Shown here: piece by piece, positions 1 to 7,850 of the stretch
How the letters are laid out: each line of letters starts with the position of its first letter
How positions within the stretch are numbered: the first letter of the stretch is position 1
Source of the DNA: Pirellulales bacterium
GTDB taxonomy: Bacteria > Planctomycetota > Planctomycetia > Pirellulales > PALSA-1355
Reading direction: 5' to 3'
DNA: 38,403 bases
Assembly (NCBI GenBank): GCA_040901665.1
Contig: JBBDYK010000138.1
Span: 1 to 38,403, forward strand
The notes under the pieces: generated by a model
Told to the model about the DNA's origin: nothing
Databases searched by the model: none
What the model saw: only the letters and a program-made list of their open reading frames with translations
Program-made: the position numbers and the translations under genes

Positions 1-1
1 G

Positions 2-1180
2 CGGCCCATGCTGGAAGGTATGGCCGATGCCGTCTTTGGCTCGCGTTTTCTCTCCGGCCAATACCGGCGGGTCTTGTACTTCTGGCACACGTTGGGCAAT
101 CGGCTGCTGACCACGCTGTGCAACGTGCTCAACGACATCAACTTGACCGACATGGAAATCGGCTACAAGCTGGTTCGCGCCGACATACTTCGTTCGATTC
201 CGCTCTCGGCCAAAGGATTCGCACTCGAGCCGGAACTGACCACAAAGCTGGCCATGTGGGACCTGCGATTGTACGAGGTACCCATTTCGTACCAAGGACG
301 GACCTACGCCGAGGGCAAGAAGATCGGCATCTGGGATCTGTTCGCGGCAATCTGGGCGCTGGTGAAGTACCGCTTCTTTTCACGTCAGTTCACCACCCAC
401 GACGGTTTTCTGATCCTGCAAAGCGTGCGACGGGCGCGGGGATTCAACCGCTGGCTGGTCGGGCAACTTGCTCCCTATGTTGGCAAGCGCGTGCTCGAGG
501 CCGGCTCCGGAATCGGCAACCTGACCGAGTTCTTTCTCGATCGCGAACGGCTGGCGTGCGTCGACGCCGATCCGTTCTACGTCGAACGGCTGAACCAGCG
601 TTACGGACACCTGTCGAACCTGTCGTTCCACGAGGTCGATTTGAGCCAATTGGAACGCTGCTCCGACCTGCGCTCGGCGCGGCTGGATACGATCGTTTGC
701 ATTAACGTGCTCGAGCACATCGAAGACGATGCCAAGGTGCTGCGCAACTTTTATCAACTGCTTCGGCCCGGTGGTCACACACTGATCCTGGTGCCGGCCG
801 ACCCGCGCCTTTATACGGCCGTGGACAAGACGCTGGGGCACTTTCGCCGCTACACGCCCGCTGAGCTTGAGCAGAAGCTGCGTGTGGCCGGCTTCGACGT
901 GGTGGCCAGCCAGGGATTCAATCGGCTGGGCACTCTGGGGTGGTACGTGTCGGGCAAGCTGCTGGGCCGCACGACGCTTTCGGCAGGACAGATGAAGCTG
1001 TACGAATGGCTGCTGCCGGCCGCTAAGCTGGTGGAAAAGATCGGCGTGCTGCCCCCGCTGTCGCTGATCGCCGTCGGCAGAAAGCCCCTGGCCGCGGAGC
1101 CTCCGGCGAAGGAAATCGAATGCCCGGCCAGCACCGAACCGCTCGAAACCGTGGAACTGCTGGTCGAGCAACTGGTGTAA
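2..1180 (+). CDS. Glycosyltransferase family 2 (C-terminal part) fused to a class I SAM-dependent methyltransferase; 5' end outside the window
   Basis: The frame is open from the window edge, with no in-frame stop before the ATG at 8. The first ~125 aa resemble the C-terminal half of GT2/dolichyl-phosphate-mannose-synthase-like enzymes (DMEIGYKL, GFALEPELTTK, YEVPISYQGRTYAEGKKI). They are followed by methyltransferase motif I VLEAGSGIGNLT plus CINVLEHIEDD and LRPGGHTLILVP. Stop TAA at 1178-1180. Confidence 0.8.
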   Translation, partial: RPMLEGMADAVFGSRFLSGQYRRVLYFWHTLGNRLLTTLCNVLNDINLTDMEIGYKLVRADILRSIPLSAKGFALEPELTTKLAMWDLRLYEVPISYQGRTYAEGKKIGIWDLFAAIWALVKYRFFSRQFTTHDGFLILQSVRRARGFNRWLVGQLAPYVGKRVLEAGSGIGNLTEFFLDRERLACVDADPFYVERLNQRYGHLSNLSFHEVDLSQLERCSDLRSARLDTIVCINVLEHIEDDAKVLRNFYQLLRPGGHTLILVPADPRLYTAVDKTLGHFRRYTPAELEQKLRVAGFDVVASQGFNRLGTLGWYVSGKLLGRTTLSAGQMKLYEWLLPAAKLVEKIGVLPPLSLIAVGRKPLAAEPPAKEIECPASTEPLETVELLVEQLV

Positions 1181-1212
1181 AGCTGGAAGGGAGTACGATC
1201 CTTTTTCCCAAT

Positions 1213-1803
1213 TCACGCGCGACGGCGACGCGCGATTGCCCACAATCCCAATGCGCCCCCGATCGATAGTGCGATCGTCGACGGCTCGGGCACGGCTGTC
1301 GCGGCCAGCGGCATGTCGGGCTGATCGTTGAAGACGTAGTACTCCACTGTCACCGCATATGGGTTGGTCGAGCCCGGCGCGCCCGAGTGCATCTGCAAAT
1401 AGCCGTAGTGGGTCTGCCCTGCCTGGTTGATCTCCAGCGGCAGATAACCGGCGCTGCCGAGCCAGTCGTCGGACAGGCCCGGCACCAGCGACAAGTCGGC
1501 AAAGGATAGCACCGGTCCGATCAGCGCGCTGTCTTCGAATCGTACGGCGCCGGTCGCGTCGACCGGGAGCGCCACGGTCAAACCGTCGTCGGTCATATTG
1601 AGTGCGGAGTCGATCATGTCCCTGAATTGCGATTGCGTCGGCTTGTCGCCCGATTGGAAGTAAGACTTCAAGACCGAACGCGGGAGGATGGCCGCCTGCA
1701 ACGCGCTCGTGGAAAGCCCTGTCATCGCCACGGCCAGCATGGCCGCCAGCACTACACGGCCACGGTACGAACTCGACGCAACGGGACGATCGATACGGTT
1801 CAT
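1213..1803 (-). CDS. PEP-CTERM sorting-domain secreted protein
   Basis: The C-terminus VPEPSTIALSIGGALGLWAIARRRRA is PEP motif, hydrophobic helix and basic tail. From the internal ATG at 1801-1803 there is an N-terminal signal-like segment (RGRVVLAAMLAVAMTGLSTSALQA). The ORF-track start at 1875 only adds a non-signal extension. Confidence 0.8.
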   Translation of the reverse strand: MNRIDRPVASSSYRGRVVLAAMLAVAMTGLSTSALQAAILPRSVLKSYFQSGDKPTQSQFRDMIDSALNMTDDGLTVALPVDATGAVRFEDSALIGPVLSFADLSLVPGLSDDWLGSAGYLPLEINQAGQTHYGYLQMHSGAPGSTNPYAVTVEYYVFNDQPDMPLAATAVPEPSTIALSIGGALGLWAIARRRRA

Positions 1804-1926
1804 GAGCGGCTCTCCAGAAAGGGTGACGAGGGGTTTGGCCTGTTGTAGGCAGGCCACAGACGGCATGTCAAGCAAAGTACTGCAAAGCCAACGCCGTTGG
1901 GCCTGATACGCGCCGTTGGCTTGTCA

Positions 1927-1935
1927 TGCTAGAAT
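1927..1935 (+). promoter_or_regulatory. Possible extended -10 element (TGCTAGAAT) for the DUF1501 gene
   Basis: TGnTAGAAT lies 79 nt upstream of the ATG at 2014, in the divergent intergenic region. No convincing -35. It matches the GCTAR-NN-T pattern seen upstream of several other genes here. Confidence 0.25.
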
Positions 1936-2013
1936 ATCCGTCGCCCGGCGCTCGGTGTCTCGCCAGGCGCGGGGAAGCGGACGGTCCCGATCAATGGCGG
2001 CGGAGGTTGTGCG

Positions 2014-3516
2014 ATGCTGCGGATCCTCGGTTCGCATAAGCGGCTGTGCGACGGATTGTCGCGGCGCGACTTTCTGCACGCGGGTGGACTCGGTCTGCTA
2101 GGGCTGGGCGCGCAAGGTCTGACAAGCGGCGCTCCCGTCGCTGCGGCCGCCGAGGGAGCGCGGCTGGCTTCGTTCGGCAAGGCCAAGCGCTGCATCCTGC
2201 TCTATCTCTATGGCGCGGCCAGCCAGATCGAGACGTTCGATCCCAAACCGGACGCTCCGGTCGAAGTGCGTGGCGAGTTGGGCGCCATTTCCACCAGCGT
2301 GCCCGGCGTGCAGATCGGCGAGTTGCTGCCGCTGACGGCGAAGATCATCGACCGTGCGACGATCGTGCGCTCGATGACGCATCCCTATCCGTTGCATGCT
2401 TCGGCGTTCACGCTCACCTCGATTCCGACGATCGACGTGCCGCTGCAGATGAGCCCGCGCGATCCGCGGCATTGGCCGTTCATCGGTTCGGTGGTCGACT
2501 ACCTGGCCGACCAGCGGAGCGAGCCGGCTCCGCCGGTGGCGCGGAACGTGGGCTTGCCATGGCGGCTCAGCTCGCGGCGGCCCTATGCGGCGGGCGACAA
2601 CGCGGGGCCTTACGGCGCCTGGCTGGGGCGGGCGTATGATCCGCTCTGGACCGATTTCGAGGGACGCGGCACTCGGACTTCGACCTATACGTTTGACAAT
2701 CAGACGATCACCTGCAAAGACCCGTACGGTCCGCTCGAGCCTGAGTGCCGCTTCGGCTTGTCGAGCGATGCCACGCTGCCGGAAGGCTTGACGCTCGATC
2801 GATTGAATCGCAGGCGATCGTTGTTATCGCAATTCGACGACGCACGCCGCGTCGTCGACGCCAACACGGCCACGCGCTCCTTCGACGGGTTTCGCGACCA
2901 GGCGTTTTCCTATCTGACGACCAGCACCCTGCGCGACGCGCTGGACGTGGCTCGCGAGCCGACGGCCATGCGCGAACGCTACGGCATGACGCTCTTCGGC
3001 CAGGCGTCGCTGGTGGCGCGACGGCTGCTCGAAGCAGGCACGCAGTTCGTCACCGTGCTGTGGGACGAGTTCGAGCTGGTCAACAGCGCCTGGGACACGC
3101 ACTACTATCACTACGAGTTGATGCGCGAGCAGCTTTGCCCGGGGCTCGATCGGGCGCTCAGCACGCTGGTGCTCGACCTTGAAGACCGCGGCATGCTCGA
3201 CGACACGTTGATCGTGGTCACCACCGAGCACGGCCGCACGCCCAAGCTGGAGAACGTGCCCGGCGGCGGCCGCGGCCACTGGGCGCAAGCCTACAGCAGC
3301 CTGCTCATCGGCGGCGGCGCCGCAAAGGGCAAGGTCGTCGGCCGCACCGACCGCATTGCCGGCAGCGTGCAAGAGACCCCCATCTCGCCGAAGGATATTC
3401 TGGCGACCATGTATCATTTGTTGGGCATCGATCCGGAAACGCTGATCCGCGATCGCTTGGGCCGGCCAATCGCCGTTGCGGGAGAAGGCAAGGTCCGCGG
3501 CGAGTTGCTGGGGTGA
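2014..3516 (+). CDS. DUF1501 domain protein (sulfatase/alkaline-phosphatase superfamily-like), Tat signal
   Basis: GGAGG at 2002-2006, 7 nt before the ATG. Twin-arginine signal SRRDFLHAGGLGLLGLGA. Typical DUF1501 stretches are present (CILLYLYGAASQIETFDPKPDAP, TEHGRTPK, GRGHW, ATMYHLLGID). Confidence 0.9.
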   Translation: MLRILGSHKRLCDGLSRRDFLHAGGLGLLGLGAQGLTSGAPVAAAAEGARLASFGKAKRCILLYLYGAASQIETFDPKPDAPVEVRGELGAISTSVPGVQIGELLPLTAKIIDRATIVRSMTHPYPLHASAFTLTSIPTIDVPLQMSPRDPRHWPFIGSVVDYLADQRSEPAPPVARNVGLPWRLSSRRPYAAGDNAGPYGAWLGRAYDPLWTDFEGRGTRTSTYTFDNQTITCKDPYGPLEPECRFGLSSDATLPEGLTLDRLNRRRSLLSQFDDARRVVDANTATRSFDGFRDQAFSYLTTSTLRDALDVAREPTAMRERYGMTLFGQASLVARRLLEAGTQFVTVLWDEFELVNSAWDTHYYHYELMREQLCPGLDRALSTLVLDLEDRGMLDDTLIVVTTEHGRTPKLENVPGGGRGHWAQAYSSLLIGGGAAKGKVVGRTDRIAGSVQETPISPKDILATMYHLLGIDPETLIRDRLGRPIAVAGEGKVRGELLG

Positions 3517-3579
3517 GTATGCAATCGTCCGAATCACGATGACTACCTGCAATGCAATTTTGGCGAGCCTGGTTCTCCC

Positions 3580-4554
3580 ATGATGACACGCGTCGTTGTG
3601 CTCCTTGCCTTGACGGTCGCTGTTAGCAATGCGCGCGCCACAGAGCCCGCCACCGCGACCACAATCGACCGTGGCCTGGCCTTCCTGGCCAAGGATGCCG
3701 TGGCCTGGCGGGACGAGTTCAAGTGTGCCTCGTGCCATCATGCGAGTCTGGTGGTTTGGGCCATGCAGGAGGCGAAGGGACGCGGGCACACGGTGGACGA
3801 GCCGTTGCTGCTGGAGTTGACGGCTTGGATTAGCGAAGGGGAAGGCAAGACCGGTGTGCCACGGCCCGAGGGCATTCCCAAGGCGCTCAACACGAAAGCG
3901 GTCTACTTCGCGCTCGGGCTGAATTCCGATCCACAGCCGAGCGACGCAGCGCGACAAGGGTTGGCTCGCTTTTGGAAAACCGAAGAAGCCGATCAGATAG
4001 AAAACGGATCGTGGGCAGCCTGGCCCGAGACGCGACCGCCCTTCTTCGGAGGTTCGGACGAGAGCATGACGGCGCTGGCGACGTTGGCCCTGCTGCCGGC
4101 GGCCGCCGCGGGGGATGAAGCGGCGGTGGCAGCCCGCGACAAGGCCGTGCAGTGGTTGCAGGCAACGAAGTCGGACGACGACCCGCAGTCCGTGGCCATG
4201 CGGCTGGTGTTGTTTGCGCGTCTCGATCGTCCGGCGGAAGAACTGGCGCCGCTGGTTGCGCGGATCAAAGAGCGGCAGAACACCGACGGCGGCTGGAGCC
4301 AGGCCGTTGACATGGCTAGCGACGCTTGGGCCACCGGCCAGGCGCTGTACGCCTTGGATTGCGCCGGCAGCATGCCCGACGATGCGGCGATCGCGCGCGG
4401 CCATGCGTTCCTCATCGCGACGCAGAACGCGGACGGCTCTTGGCCCATGACTTCGCGGCCCACGAAGCCGGGCGGCGCGGGATCCACCAGCCTGGTGCCC
4501 ATCATCGGCGCCGGCAGCGCCTGGGCCGTCATCGGCTTGTCGCGCAGCGAATAG
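3580..4554 (+). CDS. Exported prenyltransferase/squalene-oxidase-repeat (alpha/alpha-toroid-like) protein with a CxxCH motif
   Basis: Sec-type signal MMTRVVVLLALTVAVSNARA. Repeat signatures QNTDGGWSQ and QNADGSWPM. CASCH is encoded at 3724-3738. High third-position GC in this frame. No obvious Shine-Dalgarno. Confidence 0.75.
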   Translation: MMTRVVVLLALTVAVSNARATEPATATTIDRGLAFLAKDAVAWRDEFKCASCHHASLVVWAMQEAKGRGHTVDEPLLLELTAWISEGEGKTGVPRPEGIPKALNTKAVYFALGLNSDPQPSDAARQGLARFWKTEEADQIENGSWAAWPETRPPFFGGSDESMTALATLALLPAAAAGDEAAVAARDKAVQWLQATKSDDDPQSVAMRLVLFARLDRPAEELAPLVARIKERQNTDGGWSQAVDMASDAWATGQALYALDCAGSMPDDAAIARGHAFLIATQNADGSWPMTSRPTKPGGAGSTSLVPIIGAGSAWAVIGLSRSE

Positions 4555-4640
4555 TTCGAAAACAGCGCCGAAGGCGTCGTGCAATTGCAGGACTGCAGCC
4601 TGTATCCGCGCGCCTTCAGCTACCGCCCAGCACTCGCTGC

Positions 4641-5846
4641 TCAGTGCTGGAAGTGGGGCCAGTGCCGCTGCACCAGCAGGGTGCGGTCACCAATCCATTG
4701 GGTGGGCGGGCTGGCGAAGAAGCGAGCCAACAAGTTCAGCCGCGTCGCGTAAACGGCGCGCCGCTCGGAAAACGCTTGCCAGGTCGCGTCGCTGGCTTCG
4801 GTGGGATAACCGGCCTCGGCGAGTTGCCGGCAAGCCGTTTCGAATTCTGCCCGCTCGATGCCGGGATTCGTGTCGTCAAAGCTAATACGCAGACGCGCGA
4901 CGGGCAATTGCGTCAGATCGACCAGCGCATGGCAGCCGATGCTATACATCATTTCGGCGCTGGCTCGGGCGATGCACAACGACTCGTCGCGTTTGCAGGT
5001 GTCCTGGGGAACCGTCGTGGTCAACAGCGTAGCTGCGTCGAGCACGGCGCCCAAGGCGCTGACCCACGATTGTCCGTCGTGCGACGAACGAAAGAACGGC
5101 AGCAGCGGATAGGCCAGGTGACTGTCGAGCATCTCGGCAGTCCACAACTCGTAGCGATCGAATGTTTCGGCCAGCCGGGGGACGATGCCCAGACGGCCGT
5201 AGGTTTCCAACAGCATGACGCCCGACGGCGGCACGCCGGCCCGCGCGTCGAGCAGCAGCACCAGCACTTCGCGCCGGCCAAACGAGCTGTAGAGATTGAA
5301 GGCCAGCGATATCACCAAAGCCAAAATCGTCAAACCCGAAGAGCCGGCCAGCAGCACGACGAGCCGGGCCGGCAGGGCCGTTGGCACATAGTCGCCGTAG
5401 CCGATCGTCAACAGCGACGTGCCGGCCACGTAAAAGGCGGTGGAGAAGCCGTCGACCGGCGGCCGAACCTGGTCTGCCAGCGCCTCAAGGATGAATCCGA
5501 AACCGCACAACAGCGTCACGAACCACACCGCCAGCAGCAGCAGAATCGCCAAGGGCGCAAACGTGCCCAGAAAATCCTCGCGACGCCAGGCTGGGTGCAG
5601 CCGCAGCCCAAGCTTGCGCCAAATCGGCCACAGCAACAAAAGCAAGTGCGGCGCCAGGCGAAAAATGCTATTGGTGCGCCGCGGCAGCACCACCGATTGA
5701 AAGACGTCGGACAGCACCAGGGCAATCAGCGCCAGGCCCGTGATCAATTCGAGGTAGAGAATGGTGGAGTTCCTTATCGCCTTCAACAAGCGTGGATCAT
5801 GCCCGCGGCCCGGGCGAGCAGACGCCGGTGTTGCGCGGTGCGACAC
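4641..5846 (-). CDS. Potassium channel family protein (pore-loop TIGYGD) with a ~220-aa uncharacterised C-terminal domain
   Basis: Selectivity filter LLTIGYGDYVP sits between hydrophobic helices, with further N-terminal TM segments. The start is a GTG at 5844-5846 with no clear SD, so the 5' end is uncertain. Confidence 0.8.
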   Translation of the reverse strand: MSHRATPASARPGRGHDPRLLKAIRNSTILYLELITGLALIALVLSDVFQSVVLPRRTNSIFRLAPHLLLLLWPIWRKLGLRLHPAWRREDFLGTFAPLAILLLLAVWFVTLLCGFGFILEALADQVRPPVDGFSTAFYVAGTSLLTIGYGDYVPTALPARLVVLLAGSSGLTILALVISLAFNLYSSFGRREVLVLLLDARAGVPPSGVMLLETYGRLGIVPRLAETFDRYELWTAEMLDSHLAYPLLPFFRSSHDGQSWVSALGAVLDAATLLTTTVPQDTCKRDESLCIARASAEMMYSIGCHALVDLTQLPVARLRISFDDTNPGIERAEFETACRQLAEAGYPTEASDATWQAFSERRAVYATRLNLLARFFASPPTQWIGDRTLLVQRHWPHFQH

Positions 5847-5960
5847 TATCGGGCGACACTCGCAACGGGTAACCTAGCGACAGCGACCAGGATGATGCAA
5901 TCCGCAATTCCGCGCGATCGGGGCGCCCCTGCGTGCCCGAGCAACAAGTCAGGACACAAC

Positions 5961-6245
5961 ATGATTACCGTCGGCATGAACTACCACGTCATCCCGGGCA
6001 AGCAGGCAGACTTCGAAGCGAAGTTCGCAGCCGTCATGGAGGCCCTTCGCGCTGCCGAGGGGCATACCACCTCGACGCTCTGGAAAGACGTCAGCGACGA
6101 CGCCTCGTACCTGATCACCAGCGAATGGTCCCAGGAACAAGCCTTCCTCGACTTCATCCACAGCCAGGCCTTCAAGGACGTCACCACCTGGGGCAAAGAG
6201 CAAATCCTGTCGGGCCGGCCGCAGCACAAGATCTACAAGAACTGA
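5961..6245 (+). CDS. Antibiotic-biosynthesis-monooxygenase (ABM/Dabb fold)-like small protein
   Basis: ATG at 5961 gives a 94-aa product (MITVGMNYHVIPGKQADFEAKF...SEWSQEQAFLDFIHSQAFKD), typical in size and pattern for ABM domains. The 639-aa ORF-track model (4326-6245) is an artefactual upstream extension antisense to the channel gene. Confidence 0.7.
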   Translation: MITVGMNYHVIPGKQADFEAKFAAVMEALRAAEGHTTSTLWKDVSDDASYLITSEWSQEQAFLDFIHSQAFKDVTTWGKEQILSGRPQHKIYKN

Positions 6246-6278
6246 GCGAATGACGAGACGCCGAGCCAGTGTCTCCTA

Positions 6279-6875
6279 TCACCTGGTTCGCTCTGACCCG
6301 CCTTCCACCTCGACAGCCTCCTCGCGCAGGCGAATCGGACCGAAATTCTCGGGATGCTTGCCTTGGGCGCCGGCGTAGAACGCGCGGATGCGGTCCATGT
6401 CGGCGGTCAGATTGCCGCCTGGCTCGATGGCCTCGAATAGACCGCCCACCTTGCGCTTGAAATCGAGCAAGCCCAGCACGATGGGGACTTTGGCTTCGCG
6501 GGCAATGTGGTAAAAGCCGCTCTTCCAGTAATCGGACCGGCCACGGGTACCTTCGGGCGTGATGAGCAGGCAAAGCTCTTCACGCCGAGCGAACTGGTCG
6601 ACCAGTTGCTGCACGGCGTTGTGCGCAGCGCGGCGATCCACGGGCACGCCGCCCAGCAATCGCATCAGCGAGCCCAGCGGACCGCGAAACAGCGAGTGCT
6701 TGCCGATCCAAGATACGCGAATGCCGTAGACGTAAGACATGGCCAACATCAGCGGCACATCCCAGTTGCTGGTGTGCGGCGCGGCCAGAATCAGATACTT
6801 CTTATACGGCGGCTTTTGGCCTTGCAGCGTCCACCCACGGAGCCGCAAGTACAGCCTTCCCAGCCAGTATCTCAT
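6279..6875 (-). CDS. 1-acyl-sn-glycerol-3-phosphate (lysophospholipid) acyltransferase, PlsC family
   Basis: HX4D motif HTSNWD and ITPEGTRG acyltransferase motif. The ATG at 6873-6875 lies 8 nt after the desaturase stop, so the longer ORF-track start would overlap the desaturase. Confidence 0.85.
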   Translation of the reverse strand: MRYWLGRLYLRLRGWTLQGQKPPYKKYLILAAPHTSNWDVPLMLAMSYVYGIRVSWIGKHSLFRGPLGSLMRLLGGVPVDRRAAHNAVQQLVDQFARREELCLLITPEGTRGRSDYWKSGFYHIAREAKVPIVLGLLDFKRKVGGLFEAIEPGGNLTADMDRIRAFYAGAQGKHPENFGPIRLREEAVEVEGGSERTR

Positions 6876-6883
6876 GCGCACCT

Positions 6884-7807
6884 TCAGGCCGCTTCGCGCA
6901 AGGCTTCGTCGCGCAACGCAACAGGCGCTTCGCCGATGGGCACCAGGTCCCACGCCAGCCCGCAGCGCCGCAGCGCAATCAGCGTGAGGTAGGTGATATC
7001 CAGTTCCCACCATTTGTGCCCGTGCGAGGCGGCGCGCTGATCGGCGTGATGGTTGTTGTGCCAGCCGTCGCCGTTGCTGATCAGGCCGACGAACATATTA
7101 TTGCGCGAGTTGCCGCGGGTCGAATAGGTCTTGTAGCCCCACACGTGACCGATGGAGTTGACGCTCCAGGTGATGTGCCAGACCAACACCGTACGCACCA
7201 ACGCGCCCCACACGAACAGGCTCAGCCCGAATTGCAGGCCCGCGGTCCACGATCCGCCCGGCTCCAACCAGCCCACGGCAAAGCCGGCGAGAAAAAACAG
7301 CACGGTGTGCAGGAAATACAGCGTGAGCCACAGGAAATTGCGCTCCAACCGCATGTAGAACGGATCGCGATAGATGTCGCGGGCGTACTTGTCGTAGGAC
7401 ATGAAGTTGTCGAAACGCGGGTTTTCGACGAGCACCCAGCCCATGTGCCCCCAGAACAACGACGCGATCGGCGAATGCGGATCCCCCTCTTCGTCGTCAT
7501 GCTGATGGTGGGCGCGGTGCGTGGCCACGAACTGGCCTGGTGTTTTTTGCAGGCAGCAGACGCCCAATAGCGCCAGCGCGTGCTCCAACCACAACGGGCA
7601 CTTGTAGCTGCGGTGGGACAACAGCCGGTGAAAGCACAGATTGATGCCCAGCGTGCCGAATACGTAACACCCCAGTCCCGCCAGGATGACGCCAGTCCAA
7701 CTGAACAGCCAGGGGCTCAATGCGGCCAGCGCCACCAGGTGAATCCCACCGATGACGCCCAGGGCAATCCAATTGATGCTGCCAGAAATCCTGCCCATGG
7801 TCGCCAT
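6884..7807 (-). CDS. Membrane fatty-acid (acyl-CoA/acyl-lipid Delta9-type) desaturase
   Basis: Three histidine boxes (HRLLSHRSYK, HRAHHQHDDEEGDPHSP, GDGWHNNHHA) and hydrophobic segments. The ATG at 7805-7807 is preceded by GGAG with a 9-nt spacer. The ORF-track start at 7822 is a TTG. Confidence 0.9.
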   Translation of the reverse strand: MATMGRISGSINWIALGVIGGIHLVALAALSPWLFSWTGVILAGLGCYVFGTLGINLCFHRLLSHRSYKCPLWLEHALALLGVCCLQKTPGQFVATHRAHHQHDDEEGDPHSPIASLFWGHMGWVLVENPRFDNFMSYDKYARDIYRDPFYMRLERNFLWLTLYFLHTVLFFLAGFAVGWLEPGGSWTAGLQFGLSLFVWGALVRTVLVWHITWSVNSIGHVWGYKTYSTRGNSRNNMFVGLISNGDGWHNNHHADQRAASHGHKWWELDITYLTLIALRRCGLAWDLVPIGEAPVALRDEALREAA

Positions 7808-7850
7808 GAAATTGTGCTCCAAACCGGGTGCGCTGCGTGGGGAAGGCCCT

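Noticed and set aside
380-1243. 287-aa minus-strand ORF
   Set aside because: It is antisense to the GT2-methyltransferase gene, which has clear SAM-binding motifs. The antisense product has none.
2824-4584. 586-aa ORF on the minus strand
   Set aside because: It is antisense to the DUF1501 and toroid-repeat genes. Its composition is R/A/G-rich and it has no recognisable domain.
4571-4617. GAAGGCG ... CGCCTTC long-range inverted repeat between convergent genes as a bidirectional terminator
   Set aside because: The 7-bp stem encloses a loop of roughly 30 nt and has no flanking T/A tracts, so chance occurrence is plausible in GC-rich DNA.
4326-5960. Long N-terminal extension of the ORF that ends at 6245 (639-aa model)
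   Set aside because: The extension is antisense to the K+ channel gene and R/Q-rich. Only the last 94 codons, from the ATG at 5961, look like a real (ABM-like) protein.
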